NCBI GenBank assembly: GCA_010356995.1 | Contig: ML996700.1 | Coordinates: forward strand, 744,001 to 808,000 | Reading direction: 5' to 3' | Length of the DNA stretch: 64,000 nucleotides | Source of the DNA: Trichodelitschia bisporula | Lineage: Eukaryota | Part shown: positions 1 through 12,053 of the stretch, in pieces | Position numbering within the stretch: position 1 is the first letter of the stretch | Layout of the letters: each line of letters begins with the position of its first letter | Program-made: the position numbers and the translations under genes | Notes under the pieces: model-generated | Databases searched by the model: none | The model's input: only the letters and a program-made list of their open reading frames with translations | What the model was told of the DNA's origin: nothing

Positions 1-1859
1 ATCGTGCCGATGGCGACGAAGCGCTCCGGAGTATCGAAGCGTGCTGCCGCACGGATGAGCCCGGGCAGGACTTGGAGCTTGGCGCTCCAGCTGCTGGGCA
101 GCATCTCGTTGGATAATTTGAGCACCTCGCCTAGGACGAGTGTGGTTTTGCGTCGCAGGGCGGGGGATAGCGGGCGCTCTTCGGCGTACAGCAGTGCCTC
201 CATGAGGCCGGCGTGCAGCAGAACGGCGAGGACGACGGCGGTGAAGTGCTCGACTAGGTTGCGCTGGTTGCGCTCTTCTGACGCTTCTGCGTTCTCCGCT
301 GGGGGAACTTCGGACTTCAGGTTCGTGACACGGGCGTAAGTGGTGAGGCGGCGGCCAGCTACGAACGAGGATGACCATGAGGGCGGCTTGATACGCAGTA
401 TATCGGTGAGCAGCTCAAGCAGCGTGTTGCGGACCTGGGGTAGCTCAATGTAGAGACATTCCACAAGCGAGCGAATAGCAAGGAAATTGTTAACCGACAA
501 CGCAATAAGACCCGGCCAACTGCGGAGCAGCGCAGCGATCACACTAGCACACGTCTTCAGCTTCTCCTCACTAGTATGCCCCGTCCCCTCCGTGAACGAA
601 GCCAGCGGCGTCTCCAACTCGTGACCCGACCGGAGAAACCTACGCCGGCTCGGGATGTCCAACAGGAAAACGAAGGCGGATGTCAGGCTCGGCGCCGCAC
701 GGTAGTTGCCATCGCCGAGCGCGTCTGTCAGAGTCCCTAGCCCGCCAGCAGCGACCAGGATTTCCGGCTTCTTGGTCAGGATTTCGGCGAGGGTGAGAAT
801 GGCGATGTTGCGCAGCCTGTCGTCGCCATGCTCTGCAATGGCCACGATGATGCGCACGACGCCGCGTGAGAGCTCGTGCACTCCGTCCTTGATGTCCAGA
901 AACGAGCGGACGAAGTTAAGTGCCTGCTCACGCTCGACGCTGGCTTTGCTCTCTTTGACGAGAGACGAAATTACGAGAATGTCGGTGTTGAGGGCACGAA
1001 TGGTTTGGAGCGAGCGTCGGTCGGTGATGGAATGGCGTAGCACACGATACGACGCAGCGATGACTTCGCGACTCTCGTTGAATAGCAGCCTCTGCAGGCA
1101 CGGTCCGTAAGCGGTCCAGTCAAGGTCGTAACGCAGCGTCGGGTGTAGCTTGAACAGATCAACGAGTCTATTGGAAGCGTCAACGTAGCACTCCGGCGAC
1201 ATGTCGTCTGTTTCGATCGCTTGTAGCAGCTCCGCGAGCGCAAACGTCGGTGATTCTTCCAGCGGCGGATCTACGGGAGCGAAAGTCTGTCGTGACAACG
1301 GGCGTGGCGTAGCACCATTGAAGATGAACGAGAGCCGGCCCTCATTCGCAGGCTGCGACTCCTTGGACCGCATAATCTCCTGTTCAAGACCCGCCCGCAA
1401 CTCCGCAAGTTTGCGATTCGACATGTTAAGTTCCGCCTCAGCCCTCAACTTCTGCTCCTTAAACTGCTTCGCATTCTTCGAGTTGAGCGCCTCAAGCAAA
1501 TTCTCCGACCCCGTCTTAATCTTCGTCTCCTTCTCAATCTCACTCCGTATCTCCGCCTGTCTCTTCTCAGATATACTCCTCGCATCCTCCTCCAAGCCGC
1601 CGGGAGCGGTACCAAAATCAGGCCGCGGCGTCTCACTCCGGAACGACGCAGGAGCAAAGCTCGCCGGCTGTACGGCGGTGGCGAGCGACTGATTGCGCGG
1701 CGGGTAGGCGCCGGCAGACGACATAGAGCGGGCATCGCGGCCATACCGCAATGCGGGTTGAAGGTAGTTGGCCTGGTCGAGCGTGGGTGTTGCGTCGGCC
1801 TGGCTGACGGCGACGGAGGAAGCGCCCGAGGCGGGCACGCGGTTGGGTGGTGGCATCAT
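1..1859 (-). CDS. AVO3: TORC2 subunit Rictor/Avo3/Ste20 (pianissimo family), 5' part; gene continues beyond position 1
   Basis: Minus-strand ORF from ATG at 1859 (MMPPPNRVP...) running off the window. It contains an HR1-like segment (IRSEIEKETKIKTGSENLLEAL...AEAELNMSNRKL) followed by helical Rictor N-domain-like sequence. Not in the ORF track because there is no stop inside the window. Confidence 0.8.
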   Translation of the reverse strand, partial: MMPPPNRVPASGASSVAVSQADATPTLDQANYLQPALRYGRDARSMSSAGAYPPRNQSLATAVQPASFAPASFRSETPRPDFGTAPGGLEEDARSISEKRQAEIRSEIEKETKIKTGSENLLEALNSKNAKQFKEQKLRAEAELNMSNRKLAELRAGLEQEIMRSKESQPANEGRLSFIFNGATPRPLSRQTFAPVDPPLEESPTFALAELLQAIETDDMSPECYVDASNRLVDLFKLHPTLRYDLDWTAYGPCLQRLLFNESREVIAASYRVLRHSITDRRSLQTIRALNTDILVISSLVKESKASVEREQALNFVRSFLDIKDGVHELSRGVVRIIVAIAEHGDDRLRNIAILTLAEILTKKPEILVAAGGLGTLTDALGDGNYRAAPSLTSAFVFLLDIPSRRRFLRSGHELETPLASFTEGTGHTSEEKLKTCASVIAALLRSWPGLIALSVNNFLAIRSLVECLYIELPQVRNTLLELLTDILRIKPPSWSSSFVAGRRLTTYARVTNLKSEVPPAENAEASEERNQRNLVEHFTAVVLAVLLHAGLMEALLYAEERPLSPALRRKTTLVLGEVLKLSNEMLPSSWSAKLQVLPGLIRAAARFDTPERFVAIGT

Positions 1860-2445
1860 TGTAGCAATGTGCGTGTCTTCGGCGTCATTTCCTAGTGCGT
1901 GCGGACTACGCGCTGCAGTGAGGGGGGGTGGCGGAGGATGTGGCCGACATTCGGGGTTGGCGGGTGGATGTGCTTGGGGGGCCGAGGGGTGGGGTTTCGA
2001 GGTTACAGGTACGCTGTAAAGACTGGTGGGTTGGTGTGGTGGATGACGGAAATACGTTCGGAGTGAGGGGAGGGGAAAAGAAGTGGGGGAGGTGGTGAGA
2101 GTGGGTGCGGGGTGAGATGGGTCGTGGTAGGGAGTCGGAGGTGGTGACGGAGGTGGTACGCGGAGGAGTCGGAGTAGAGTACTGGCATTGGCCCGCACTC
2201 CTTGAGCCTGACGATGGCAACAGCCCAACCGCCGTAGGGCAGTGCCAACCGCGCGCTTATTGCGCTTGTTGGACTTGGCAAGCTTCGTTCGTAGCCTCAG
2301 GCTCCCAGCCTGAAAAGGATATCACGGGTGGAGATATTCGATCAAGCGTCAGGATCTATACAGCCATAATCTCCACATATCCATATTCATATGCGTACAG
2401 TGTAGATGCGAGCAGACTCTACGCCGGCCCAAGCAACCAGGAGTC

Positions 2446-4030
2446 TCACGCAGCTCCCATCCGCGCCAGCAACCCCTCCTCCTCAAGATACCCCGCAACA
2501 TCAAGCACCAACCCATCATCCCCAAACTGTCCTATCACCTGTAGTCCTATACCCCCCTCCTCCCCCACCTTCACAGGAACACTACCCGCCGGTACACCCG
2601 CCAAACTCGCTGGCACCGTAAAAACATCCCTCACATACGCCCCCACCCCCCTAGGAACCTCATCTCTCTTCGGCGGCGGCCCCGGCGCCGTCGGCGTAAG
2701 CAGCACATCAACGCCCTCATCCGCCCCAGCAGCCCCCTCGACCAATACGCGGGGTAAGCGGAATACCCCGTCCATCTCCCGGACCACCACCCTCCGCACC
2801 CGCTGCGCCTGCACGAAGTAATTCTCGCGCGCGCCGGCGCTGAGGCTGAATGTGCCGAGGAGGATGCGGCGGGCGACTTCGGGACCGAAGTGGGCGCGGA
2901 TTGGGGCGTAGAGGGTATCTTCTTCTGTGGCTTCCTTCTCACTACTACCCTCGCCTTTACTAGAGCCTTTACTCGGACTGGCGCGGAAGCCATACCGCAC
3001 GCCGTCGTACTTCGCTAGATTGGATGATGCTTCTGCTGGCGCGAGCACGTAGTAAGCGGCAAGGGCGGCGCGCGTGCTCGGTAGGGAAACGGGAACGAAG
3101 GTGTGGCCGCGCTGGTGCAGTGCCTGGAGTGTGTTGCGCCAGGCGGTGCGTGTGCCTGGCGTGAGCTCGGCGACGTTGTATTCGGCCGGGACACCGATGC
3201 GGAGCGGTGCTCTGGGGAATCTGCCGCCGGCGCGAGCAGCAAGAAGATCCGCGAGTCGCGCGCGGGTAGCGGGACTCAAGGAAGTCGGATCTAGCGGATC
3301 ATGTGCCGATATGGCATCTACAGCAGGCCATTAGCATCTTCCGCTATAAAACCGGTGGAGAGGTATACCGAACACGGCCCGCACGTCCCTAACCCTCGAG
3401 CCCAGCACCCCAACCGTATCCAAACTATTCGCATACGCCACCACGCCCCACCGACTCACAACCCCATAACTCGGCTTAAACCCCACCAACCCCGTATACG
3501 CCGCCGGCAACCTCACCGAGCCGCCTGTATCCGTCCCAAGGGCCGCCCACGCCGCGCCGGAAGCCACAGCGGCCGCGCTCCCGCCTGAACTGCCCCCGGC
3601 GGAGAGGAGGGGTGAGGCGGGGTTGGAGACGGGCCCGAAGGCGGAGTAGAGCGAGTCCGAGCCCATGCCGAATTCATCCATGTTGGTTTTGCCGGTGATG
3701 ACGGCGCCCGCGCGGCGCAGGTGGGACACGCAGGTTGCGTCGAACGGGGGGGTGTAGGAGGGGAGGAGGGCGGAGGCGCATGTTGTGGGGTGGGTGGTGG
3801 TGCTTATGTTGTCTTTTATTGCGATGGGGCGGTGCGTGAGAGGTGTGTTTGGGGGTGGGACTGGATGGTCATGTTAGCGGCGATCGCGAGACGGGGAGGG
3901 TAGACGGACTGGGTGTTGCAGGAGGCGTGTAAGCTGCCGAGGGTGTGGAGGAGATGAATGCATTGTAGGGGTTGGTGGAGTGGTGGCGGCGATGGATGCG
4001 GGGGAGGGGTATGCGGTGTGGAGGAGGCAT
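2446..4030 (-). CDS. gatA: Mitochondrial glutamyl-tRNA(Gln) amidotransferase subunit A (amidase signature family), 2 introns
   Basis: [61 protein letters not shown] and [14 protein letters not shown] motifs; introns near 3320-3370 and 3860-3910; start at 4030 is inferred. Confidence 0.9.
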
Positions 4031-4241
4031 TTGGGGGGTGAGGTTGGGGGTTTTTCTGTGGGACGCGCGCTCCCGGCAAAAGGTTCACGACTCCGAGGGT
4101 GACGAGGGTTGGAGTTCGAGTACCCCGCCCCTGAAGTGCGGGGTGATTATCATCATGGTAAATATGTAGCAACGCTATCCTTTGCGCTGGTTCGCATTTT
4201 ACTTTAACCTCTTATCCTAACTATTTTTATTATTGTTAACC

Positions 4242-5334
4242 ATGGCCGACAAGATCCCCAAATTCGACGACCTCCCATTGAATCCTGGTGATCCCCACCA
4301 CTCAGCCTGGGGACTGTAAGCCTTCACACCCCATCATCTCACCCCAATTAACCTCCCCAGCTACGGCGACAAAGACGAGCTCGGCACCCTCAACCGCCTA
4401 ACCAACTCCATCGTCTCCGCCGCCGCCAAAGAAATCCAATCCGGGCACCGCATCTCCCTAAACTGGCCCCTGGATGCGCAAGGCGACATCCCCTTCTTCG
4501 GCCGCCAGACCTTCCACAAGCACATCTACCAAAAGGGGCGACGCATCGTGAATGACGATACTTGGACGTTTAACACGCAGTCGAGTAGCCAGTGTGCGTG
4601 ATCCCTTCCGGTATGAGCCCGTCTAATGTAGCGCAGGGGACGGCCTCCGCCACTTCGGCTATCAAAAGGAAGGCAAGTTCTACAACGGCGTGACAATCGA
4701 CGACATCCACGGGGAACACAAGACCGACATCCTAGGCATCCACGCCTGGGCCGACAAAGGCATTGTCGGCCGCGGCATCCTCGTCGACTACCACGCCTGG
4801 CGGACCGCCCAAAACATCCCCTACGACCCCTTCAGGACGGGCTCCATCCCCCTCTCCCACCTCCAGGCCACCCTCAAAGCCCAAGGTACCGAAGTCCGCT
4901 TCGGCGACATCCTCCTAATCCGCAGCGGTTTCATGCACAGCTACGCCCAAAAAACCGTTCACGAACTCAGGTCCCTCGCCGCCGCCCAACCACCCTCCTT
5001 TTCTGGCGTGGAGCAAAGCGAAGAGGTCCTCAGATGGATATGGGAGAACTTTGCCGCGGTTGCTGGGGACCAGCCGAGTTTTGAGTGCTGGCCGACGCAG
5101 CAGCCGTATCTCCTGCATGAAGTCCTCCTGGGCGGATGGGGGTGTCCGATCGGGGAACTATTCGACCTCGAGGCGCTCGCCGCGCATTGTCAGAAGGAAC
5201 AGCGGTGGAGTTTCTTCGTCACCAGCGAGCCGTGCAATGTACGTCCCCCGTCCCATATCGCATTACTGAGCTAACACGAGGCGCAGGTCCCGGGCGGCGT
5301 GGCAAGCCCGCCCAACATGCTGGCCATATTCTAG
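4242..5334 (+). CDS. Putative cyclase / kynurenine formamidase-like metal hydrolase, 3 introns
   Basis: Spliced: AWGLYG..DELGTLNRL, FNTQSSSQWDGLRHF, GIVGRGILVDY, LHEVLLGGWGCPIGELFDLE, PGGVASPPN; canonical introns at ~4316-4360, ~4594-4636 and ~5240-5286. Confidence 0.85.
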
Positions 5335-5400
5335 CTCTAGTCTGCCAACTGTACAAAGAAATTGGATATCCCAATCATTACCCATGCCCCGTAGCCATGC

Positions 5401-6777
5401 CTATTCCAGCACCGTAAGCCTAACAATATCCCTCTCCTCCCCCTCAACAACCACCCACCCCCCCTCCTGCCCCCTTACAATCTTCCCATCCACACAAACC
5501 CGCCTCCACCTCCCATCCCCTCCCTCCTCCTCAAACCCAATCCTCACGGCCTCAACCTCCTCATACGTCACCGCCGAATCATCAACATGCTTCCCCCCCT
5601 GATACGCCAACCCCATAATCCGCATAACATCCTCTCCCCCCCTAGGGCCAAAATACACAAGCCTCAACCCGCCCCCCAGCGGCCCACTCGCCGGAGAGAT
5701 ACAAAACCCCTTCTCCAAATGACTCACCAGCGTAACAAGCACATACGCATGCTCCCCCCCGCCCACCTCCCTCCATTTGCCCCCTGTTCTAACCCTTACT
5801 TTCCCGCGGTACACATGCGGCCCCCCGCCGTCCGATGGGAACACCGCCTCCCTCGCCGCCATCCCAAACCGCTCCACCCCGTACTTCCGATACTCGGCAG
5901 TATCACTATCCGCCACGAGCCCCGCATGCAACCCCCAACTCGCCACCACCGCGCCCCACAGCGCGTGCTCCCCCTCGGTCTCCGGGAGCGCGTCCGCTTG
6001 CCGCCCCTCGTGACTCAGCGCTCGCGCACCCGCCGAAAACGTAGCCTTGAACAGCGGGACGCGCTTTCCCGTCCCCCGCGCCAGCACGCTGAGACCGTGC
6101 GTCCCGTCGCGCGTCACGCCCGCTGAGTGCGCGAGCGCATTCGCCGTCCCTAACGGAAGAACCGAAATCGTAGGCGGGACGTACGCCGGGCCGTGCGGCG
6201 ATGCCATGAGCCCGTTGATCAGATCTACTGGCCCGCCGTCGCCGGAGAGGATGACGATGTGTTGCGCCTTGCCGGCGTTGGCGGCGGGGAGGAAGCGGGT
6301 TGTTGTAAGTTCGGTGATTGTGTGCGGGGAGGTGGTGCTGTGGACCACAGCGGTGGGGAGAGGGAGGTGTGACAGTAGTGGTGCTAGTAGCGAGGTGTGG
6401 AAGGTGTGTGCTTGGCCGGCGCCTGAGAGGACGGATATCACTACGTGTAGCTCGGTCGGTGTGACGGGCGGTGGGCGCGCGGCGTAGGACTTCAGCAATG
6501 TATCGGGTAGCTCGGTCGCGGGGACTGAGGTAAGAGTCGGGAGTTCTGCAGGTGCTTCGGCGTCGGGTTTTGGGACGGGTTCTTCGATGGCGAGGATCGT
6601 GTACCCGTTCCCATCTTTGGCTGGTACTATCACAACGATGCTGTCTTCTGCGAGGACGCGCTCCCCGTCCGCGGTCGTGTAGGTCAATTCACGGGCCGCG
6701 GGGTCGTAAGCCGGCGATGCGGGGCGCGCGAATGCGCGCGGGATGAAGGCGGCGATGAGGGAGAGGGCGGCGCCCAT
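5401..6777 (-). CDS. Diacylglycerol-kinase catalytic domain protein, sphingoid base kinase-like
   Basis: SVLSGAGQA, ILSGDGG, LPLGTANALA, LVADSD and VCVDGK motifs. First ATG is at 6777 in good context (gcaaccATGG); the ORF-track start at 6921 is a TTG. Confidence 0.8.
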   Translation of the reverse strand: MGAALSLIAAFIPRAFARPASPAYDPAARELTYTTADGERVLAEDSIVVIVPAKDGNGYTILAIEEPVPKPDAEAPAELPTLTSVPATELPDTLLKSYAARPPPVTPTELHVVISVLSGAGQAHTFHTSLLAPLLSHLPLPTAVVHSTTSPHTITELTTTRFLPAANAGKAQHIVILSGDGGPVDLINGLMASPHGPAYVPPTISVLPLGTANALAHSAGVTRDGTHGLSVLARGTGKRVPLFKATFSAGARALSHEGRQADALPETEGEHALWGAVVASWGLHAGLVADSDTAEYRKYGVERFGMAAREAVFPSDGGGPHVYRGKVRVRTGGKWREVGGGEHAYVLVTLVSHLEKGFCISPASGPLGGGLRLVYFGPRGGEDVMRIMGLAYQGGKHVDDSAVTYEEVEAVRIGFEEEGGDGRWRRVCVDGKIVRGQEGGWVVVEGEERDIVRLTVLE

Positions 6778-7237
6778 GGTTGCGGACTCGCCGGTAAACT
6801 CGAAAGAGTGCGGAATGAGGGGAGGGAAGAAGTCATGATTGTCGTGCTCGTCTTTGTCTAAGATAGCTGCCTTGGGGCTGGGGGGCCTTGAAGTTGCGTG
6901 ATTAAGGTTATCCGATGACAAACGTGTTGCTGATAAGTCAGCATTGGGGGCCTGAGGCTGAATTTGGACAACACCAAATTTTCCGCTTTGGGATGGGTGG
7001 TAGTGACGATAGTGATCAGAACGACTGGCGGTGAGGTCTTACTGAGTTCTCGACGGAGCGTATTACGGCCGGTAACACGGTCCGACCCGCACTGCATAAG
7101 ATTGATGTTGACGTTGCACAGTTGAATCACCCGCTGCAAGCACCCGCGTCGGGGTTAGCCGAACTTTTCTGATACCTCCATAAGTACATAAAGTCCCTCC
7201 TCAATAGCCCGAAAGTCGAGCATCTTCGGACTTCAAA

Positions 7238-9634
7238 ATGGCCAACTCTCCGTCCCCCGCACCGCGGACTCCCACGCGGACTCCCACAAAACTGGCCGAC
7301 CGCCGCTACGCCCTCCGCGCTCAACTCCGCCCCGCCAACGACTCCACCCTCGACGGCGGCTTCAGGATCTACGTGACACCAGGGGAGATGAAAGACGAAT
7401 CCCTAACTCCGGGCGACCTGGTCCTCCTCCGCAGCGAAATCACCCACGCCGGCGGCGTCGGCATCGCCTGGCGCTCGACGGACCCCAACGCAGGCGGGCC
7501 CAAATCAACCACCGTCCTCAAAGTACACTCTGTGCTCCGCGAGTGCGCCGCCCTGGACCTTAAGGACCGCTACGTTTTGACGAAGTGGAAGGGCCGGTTA
7601 AGGCGCGCGAGACGCGTGGTGCTGGTGGATATCACGCCTGATGCGGCGCCGATTGCGGATGAGGACGAGAGGGGGATGCTGGAGCACTGGGCGGGCGTGA
7701 CACTCCGTAAGCACCCTCCCTTCCTTACCTCCTCAGCCTAACCCCCGGTAGTCCAACTCGAAGCCCTCGGCCCCGGCGGCACCCTCGACGTAACCCCCCG
7801 TGCCGGCCCCGACAAGCGCAAAAAACGGCGCTTCGTAATCGCGCACATCGACGTGGCAGACGTAGACGACGACCCGTTCTTCGTCCCCAGCTACTACCAC
7901 CACCTCTCCAAAGTCGAAATCCGCGCCGCAGCGACAGACACTGGCACCGCGGCGCCGGGGAACGACGCCCGTGTGCCTGTGTCGCTTGATTTTGCAGGAC
8001 TGAAGGGACTGGATGACCAGCTCGCCACGCTGCGCGAGCACATCGCGCGCGTGAACATGGCGCTTGATTCCCGAGCCACAGATCGGCGCCTCGGGCGACC
8101 GAGTGCGATCCTCCTGCACGGGGCGTCAGGTACGGGTAAATCGGCCGTGCTGGCCAAACTCAAAGCTGGGCCCTGGGCGCACATCGTGACCATCGACCGC
8201 AAAATTCTCTCTCCCTATGCTGGGAAAGCCGAAACCGCGATCTCGAAACTATTCACCGAAGCCGCGGCTTGCACACCGAGTCTCGTCGTCATCGATCGGC
8301 TCGAGGGGCTGGCTGGGAGTAAAGCCGAGTCCACGGCTGTGGCTGAAGAACTTGCGGCGCAGATACAGCGCGTGGAGGGTACGGCTGTGCAGGTCGTTGC
8401 TGCGGCGAAGCGGCCGATTGACGTAGATGCCGATCTGCTCAGTGTGTTTCCCATGGTGATCGAGCTGCCGATTCCGAATTCGCGCTCGCGGATGGCAATG
8501 TTGCGTGAGTTTACGGATAGTGCGCCGGAGGAGGTGTTGCTTGATGTTGCGGAGCGGACGCATGCGTTCGTCGCCAGTGACCTATTCAGGTTATGCGACA
8601 AGGCGTATACACATGCCCAGAAGCGGGTGCGAGAAGGTGGAATCGCGGAAACCATGGTGCGTTCCATGACCGCCATAAGATACCTCTGACACAAGCAGGC
8701 CGGTCTAACCCTCAACGACACAATCCAACTAACCGGACCGGACTTCGACCACGCCCTCCTGCACGTCCACCCCTCCGTCATGAACGAAGCCTACATCGAA
8801 ATCCCCAAGGTCTACTGGCGCGACATCGCCGGCTCCACCGACGTCAAGACCAAACTCTGGGAAACCGTCGAACTCCCCCTCAAACACCCCCGCATAACCT
8901 CCCACCTAAACCTGCACCCCTCCGCCGGCATCCTCTTGTACGGTCCCCCAGGCTGCTCCAAAACCCTCACAGCAAAGGCCCTCGCCACCGAGTCAGGCCT
9001 AAACTTCCTCTCCATCAAAGGCCCGGAACTCATAACCAAGTACGTCGGCGAATCCGAGTACCGCATCAGAGAACTCTTCCGCCGCGCCCGCTCCGCCGCA
9101 CCCTCCGTCATTTTCTTCGACGAAATAGACGCGTTAGCACCGGCCCGTGGAGACGGGCACACGGGCCTGAACACCGTCGCCACGCTCCTGACCGAGCTAG
9201 ACGGCATCGACGCGGTGCCAGGCGTCCTCGTCCTCGCCGCCACCAACCGGCCCGGCGCTATCGATCCTGCCCTCCTACGCCCGGGCCGCCTGGGCACAGC
9301 GCTATTCGTCGGCCCGCCAGGCCCCGCAGCACGGCGCCAGATTCTAGAAATGCACACGAAGGCCCGCCACCCGGGCCCGGACGTCGATCTCGATGTGTTG
9401 GCGGAGAGAACGGAAGGGTATTCAGGGGCGGATGTTGCCGCCGTGTGTCAGGCGGCGGCGGTGAAGTGTGCTCATGACATGGTGCGGGATGAGGGTGTTG
9501 AGATGCTGGGGATGAGGCATTTTGAGGAGGCGTTGGGGGAGTTTAGGCCGAGTCTGGCGAGGGAGGAGGTTGAGCGGTTGAGGAGGTGGAGCGTTGCGGG
9601 GGGGTTCAAGGATGTGGAGGATGAGGAAGGATGA
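7238..9634 (+). CDS. AFG2: Double-ring AAA+ ATPase, AFG2/Drg1/SPATA5 type (60S maturation), 2 introns
   Basis: D2 has GILLYGPPGCSKT, IKGPEL..KYVGESE, IFFDEID and ATNRP..IDPALLRPGRL; D1 has GASGTGKS; introns at ~7707-7751 and ~8657-8697. Confidence 0.85.
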
Positions 9635-9655
9635 GGAAGGATGAGGAAGGATGAG
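9619..9655. repeat. 10-bp tandem repeat (GGATGAGGAA) x ~3.7 spanning the AFG2 stop codon
   Basis: ggatgaggaa ggatgaggaa ggatgaggaa ggatgag read directly. Confidence 0.9.
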
Positions 9656-9839
9656 ATGTCGTCGAGACTGACACGAGTACTCGATGGAGATTTCGGTGTC
9701 TGTGGTTCAAAAAGTATGCCAAAAAAAAGTTCATTGCGGCTCCGGTCCTCAGTCTCTGAACGCCGCGTCCCGCTCCACAGCAATCATCAAACACATCGGC
9801 CGCAGCAAAAACTACAAACGCACCACAGGCCGAAAAAAA

Positions 9840-9933
9840 TGGAGGTTGCAAGAATCGAACTCGCGACCTTCCGCAATCTTCAAGATAGAACCTCGAATGC
9901 AAAGCGGATGCTCTACCTCTGAGCCAAACCCCC
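9840..9933 (-). tRNA. tRNA-Ala: tRNA-Ala(UGC) with 22-nt intron (9876-9897)
   Basis: GGGGGTT/AACCTCC acceptor stem with G3:U70 alanine identity pair, D arm GCTC..GAGC, anticodon stem TCCGC/GCGGA with TGC, intron after base 37, T loop TTCGATT, T7 Pol III terminator immediately downstream; 72 nt after intron removal. Confidence 0.95.
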
Positions 9934-11222
9934 AATGATTGGACAATGTCTTTCCTTTTTAAGAATACATTCCAGATGCTAAGCATCGGGAGCCCGCAGA
10001 CGTACGTTGAGTATATGTATCCTTGCAGCAGGATGAGATGTCGTGCCTGGCTCCTTGCTGTTCTCGTGTAACCTCCCCGCCTTGATTCCGACGTCGGGAT
10101 CCTCCTTCCCATCCTACCTCGTGAGGACAATGCACGGACGGCAGTTCAGCCTCGTGGGGCGCTTTTTGTGGGTCAGTCAGTCTCTGCTTCATGCATTGGG
10201 AAGAGTACCGCATGAAGCGCCTTTGCCATGCGACTGAAAATACGATGTTCATTCCTTTGTAGTTAGTAGCTCGACCAAAAAGGTTCAGAAGGATTGCTTT
10301 GGCATCATGAGGTCGGATGCTGCGGCTGGAAATGACGTCTGTAGAGTAACGCCACGTGATCCCAGCCCTCCGGCCAGCCTTGCCCGTGGCGTGGGCCCGC
10401 CCGCAACGTCTTTCGACCTATTTGAAGTCTTGCGGAATGCTGAGAGCTGGACCAGTGCTTGATCTGAAAGCTGTTGGGAAGTCCGTCGATAATGTCAACA
10501 TGTGTGGATTTGCGAAAAGGGAGTTGATCATCGTTAGCTTATTTTAAATCGGGGGAAGCCAACTCGAACTAGCGACATCGGACTTCTGATGAGGTTGTAG
10601 CGTGCGGAAGGAATACCGCCGTGAGATCCCAGCCTTCGTAATCCTATCAGTCCATGAAAGTTGACACCGTTCAAGAAGCCGTACTGGACAGCAACAGTCT
10701 GAAGCGTGGGCGCAGTGCTAATGAATTTGACATCAGGAACTCCAACATCCCGCCGCCGATCATGTTTTCGGCCGCCTTTATCTTCCTGTCGGCTAAGAGC
10801 CGGAAGAGATCAGACATCATATTACGAAATCGAAGGATGCGACTAAGGAAGCAATGACCAGAACTAGTACCGTATAATCATGGACTAGTGTAGCGCGTGC
10901 TTAGACCGGATTTTAAATCCGCCCTACAGTAGGCGATCCTTCACAGGTTCACCGGAATTCGACCGAGTTTCCCCGCAAGCGGGGCTCAAGCCAACGCCAA
11001 CCGCTTTTAAATAGTAATTAACACAGCAGTTCCCACAAGCCGCATTGCCAAATCTCAGCCTCAACGTAAGTGCTGACCAGTGTCCAAGGGGTATTAATTT
11101 TTATCCTAATGCTATGCACAATGACCGGTATCCCTTTCGTGATAGTCTTAGCCGTTCCGTTCAAGATTATGTACAGCCGGATGGCTCGAGAAATAAGCAT
11201 TATGCACCGAAGAATCCTCCGT

Positions 11223-12053
11223 CTACTTGTACCAGGCGCTCGCCGGGTCGCCAAGGCAAGCCCCCACAGTCACAGCTATTCGGATTAGCCCATCCCCAAG
11301 ACACATGCAGTAAGCACTTACGGGTCAAGCCAGCCGCGCGAACAGCGTTAATCTGATCCTGCACCAGCGTCTGGACAGTGTTCTGCAGCGGGTCGTGCTC
11401 GAGGGTAATCGAGCCGCCGGACGCCAGGAGGGAGTTGAAGATACCAACGCTGTTGCCAATCGTCTCCGGCGTCTGATACTGCCAGTCCTGAGTATCAATC
11501 GACGCGGTGATGACGTGGTACCCGAGGCTGCCGAGAGCAGAGAGCGTATCCCCGGAGTACGCAAAGTACGGCGGGCGCATGTACGTAGGCGCCTTGCCGA
11601 TGATGCTCCGCAGCGCATCCTCGAGCTGGCTCATCTGCGACGCAATGCCGTTGTAGTCTAGCGTGCTCAGGTCCGCGTGGCCCCATCTGCAGCGTATCAG
11701 TTTCACCGCAACTGCATCCTGCGGCATGTGACATACGTGTGGGACGCGACCTGGTGGCCCTCGGAAACCATGCGCTGGATCACGCCGGCATAGTTGTAGA
11801 TGCTGTCGTAGTTTTGGCCGTTGACGAAAAAGGTCGCCGGGACGCCGTTCGCGGCAAGAATATCGAGCACTTGGCTGGTATAGATGAACGGGCCGTCGTC
11901 GAACGCAATGGCAATGGTGCCCGGCACCGTGCACGACGTGATGACGGTGCCGTACGGGACAGCGGACTGGCGCTTCTCGAGGGCGCTGGGGAGGGGCGAA
12001 GCGAGCGCAGCGCCTGCAAGCAGGACAGGGAGCAATGTCGTGAGGGACTTCAT
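11223..12053 (-). CDS. Secreted carbohydrate esterase family 4 (chitin deacetylase-like), 2 introns
   Basis: Signal peptide MKSLTTLLPVLLAGAALA, KR processing site, FDDGP, SHTWGH metal-binding motif, MRPPY, LEHD; last exon PVTVGACLGDPASAWYK* after the intron at ~11276-11320. Confidence 0.9.

Noticed and set aside
10434..10482. Partial resemblance to a TPP riboswitch (CTGAGA...CTTGATCTG...GGGAA)
   Set aside because: Lacks the TAAT..CAGCG P5 element and supporting stems; no thiamine gene nearby.
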